Shown: one piece after another, positions 63,181-64,000 of the stretch
How positions within the stretch are numbered: position 1 is the stretch's first letter
How the letters are laid out: each line of letters starts with the position of its first letter
Virus record (IMG/VR): IMGVR_UViG_3300020583_000014
Span: 5,742 to 69,741 of that record
Length of the DNA: 64,000 bases
Direction: 5' to 3' (one strand)
Origin: a virus
Notes under the pieces: generated by a model
Seen by the model: the letters and a program-made list of their open reading frames with translations, nothing else
The model's database searches: none
What the model was told of the DNA's origin: nothing
Made by a program: the position numbers and the translations under genes

Positions 63181-63493
63181 CTTTATAACTTAAAGTACCC
63201 TACCAAACATAGCCCACAAGCTATTGAGGATAAAGGGGAGAAAAGTATTTGTTTGGTACAGAATTGTGATATTATGGGTTTGTACCAAGATTGACAGAGA
63301 GGCAAAAGATGATCCCAACTTGTTTTTACGATGTGGAGGATAGCATGGAAACCATAGGGTTTTCCTGTATCCATATCCCTAGTGGTAACCAGAAGCGGAC
63401 CTTCTACTATCTGCGGGATAGGGCCGGGTATACTAAGGGGTCCCTTGTGATAGACCCCCTAACTGGACAGGTAGTCGCTGGACCAGAGGTTTT

Positions 63494-63516
63494 GGGTCTG
63501 TACTAAATACACACCC
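63494..63516. repeat. 23-bp dispersed palindrome copy
   Basis: gggtctgtactaaatacacaccc. Confidence 0.95.
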
Positions 63517-63532
63517 TATTTTTGAGGAGATT

Positions 63533-63988
63533 ATGTTCGATATCAAAACGTTCGATGTTAAGAAGTATGATGCCATCCTTGCTCGTGGACTTTCCAATGG
63601 GGTAGGGGATAGAGGGGGCCAAATGTGTATTGAGGCCGCTATCTGTGCCACCTTGGATTTACCTCATGGTGACGATCCAAGGTGTGTTAGCCCTGCTGTG
63701 CGCGAGTTCAAGATTAAACTGAATGATTCAAACTGGAGTAGTCCGGAAGCCAGGAGCCATGGCCTACACGATTTAGGAATAGCCCAGCTAGGCAGTTTGG
63801 GGGTTATATCCGATCAGGAGTTTAGCACAAGGTTAGCCAGGGCTACTATTCAGTTTCTCTTACCCCCTCTCTTTAGAGAGCTACACCCTAATGGGAGTAT
63901 GGAAGATATTGCAAAAAGGTGTGAGATAGAGGGTACAGAAGAGGCGGCGTGGGCGGCGAGGGTGGAGGCGGCGGTGGGAGATAAATAG
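63533..63988 (+). CDS. hypothetical protein
   Basis: GAGGAG SD; MC.EAA......H.D.P.CV.P.V......LND motif. Confidence 0.7.
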   Translation: MFDIKTFDVKKYDAILARGLSNGVGDRGGQMCIEAAICATLDLPHGDDPRCVSPAVREFKIKLNDSNWSSPEARSHGLHDLGIAQLGSLGVISDQEFSTRLARATIQFLLPPLFRELHPNGSMEDIAKRCEIEGTEEAAWAARVEAAVGDK

Positions 63989-64000
63989 CTACTCCTATAG

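Noticed and set aside
491-63516. 23-bp repeats as a CRISPR array, REP/terminator hairpins or IS ends
   Set aside because: Copies are kilobases apart with no spacer structure, have no consistent U-tract, their variable positions do not co-vary to keep pairing, and there is no transposase or target-site duplication.
1-64000. Integrated prophage or stop-codon reassignment
   Set aside because: No integrase, att site or host genes in the window; ORFs tile well under the standard code with all three stops in use.

Overview
The window looks like most of a tailed dsDNA phage (Caudoviricetes) genome; the host cannot be determined from the sequence. Most genes are on the minus strand. Left arm: a vWA + PurA-like pair, two tRNAs (Ile2-CAT, Leu-TAA), a split family-A DNA polymerase (UDG/3'-5' exonuclease gene and polymerase gene separated by a MazG-like gene), ERCC4 nuclease, Sak4-like ATPase, HNH and PD-(D/E)XK nucleases, DinG-like helicase, RHH and XRE regulators. 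Middle: lysis genes including a lipase, receptor-binding-like proteins, three large low-complexity internal/ejection-type proteins, tail and adaptor genes, major capsid, scaffold, portal and large terminase, in a podovirus-like layout. Right arm: PAPS-reductase-family protein, HNHs, DUF932, small early genes and a repeat-rich non-coding region. No integrase, primase or CRISPR array was seen. The strongest unexplained signal is a 23-bp palindrome, GGGnnTGTAYTWARTACAnnCCC, found by eye 27 times plus one degenerate copy. It recurs about every 2-3 kb, both at gene junctions and inside essential genes (terminase, portal, helicase, UDG-exonuclease), where it is usually read as G-x-V-L/F-N-T-x-P. Other notable points: six structural-type proteins with Sec signal peptides, a circularly permuted histidine phosphatase on a putative ejected protein, a candidate -1 frameshift, leaderless back-to-back sigma70 promoters, and a small RNA with an anti-Shine-Dalgarno loop. 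All calls come from reading the sequence by eye; no searches were run.
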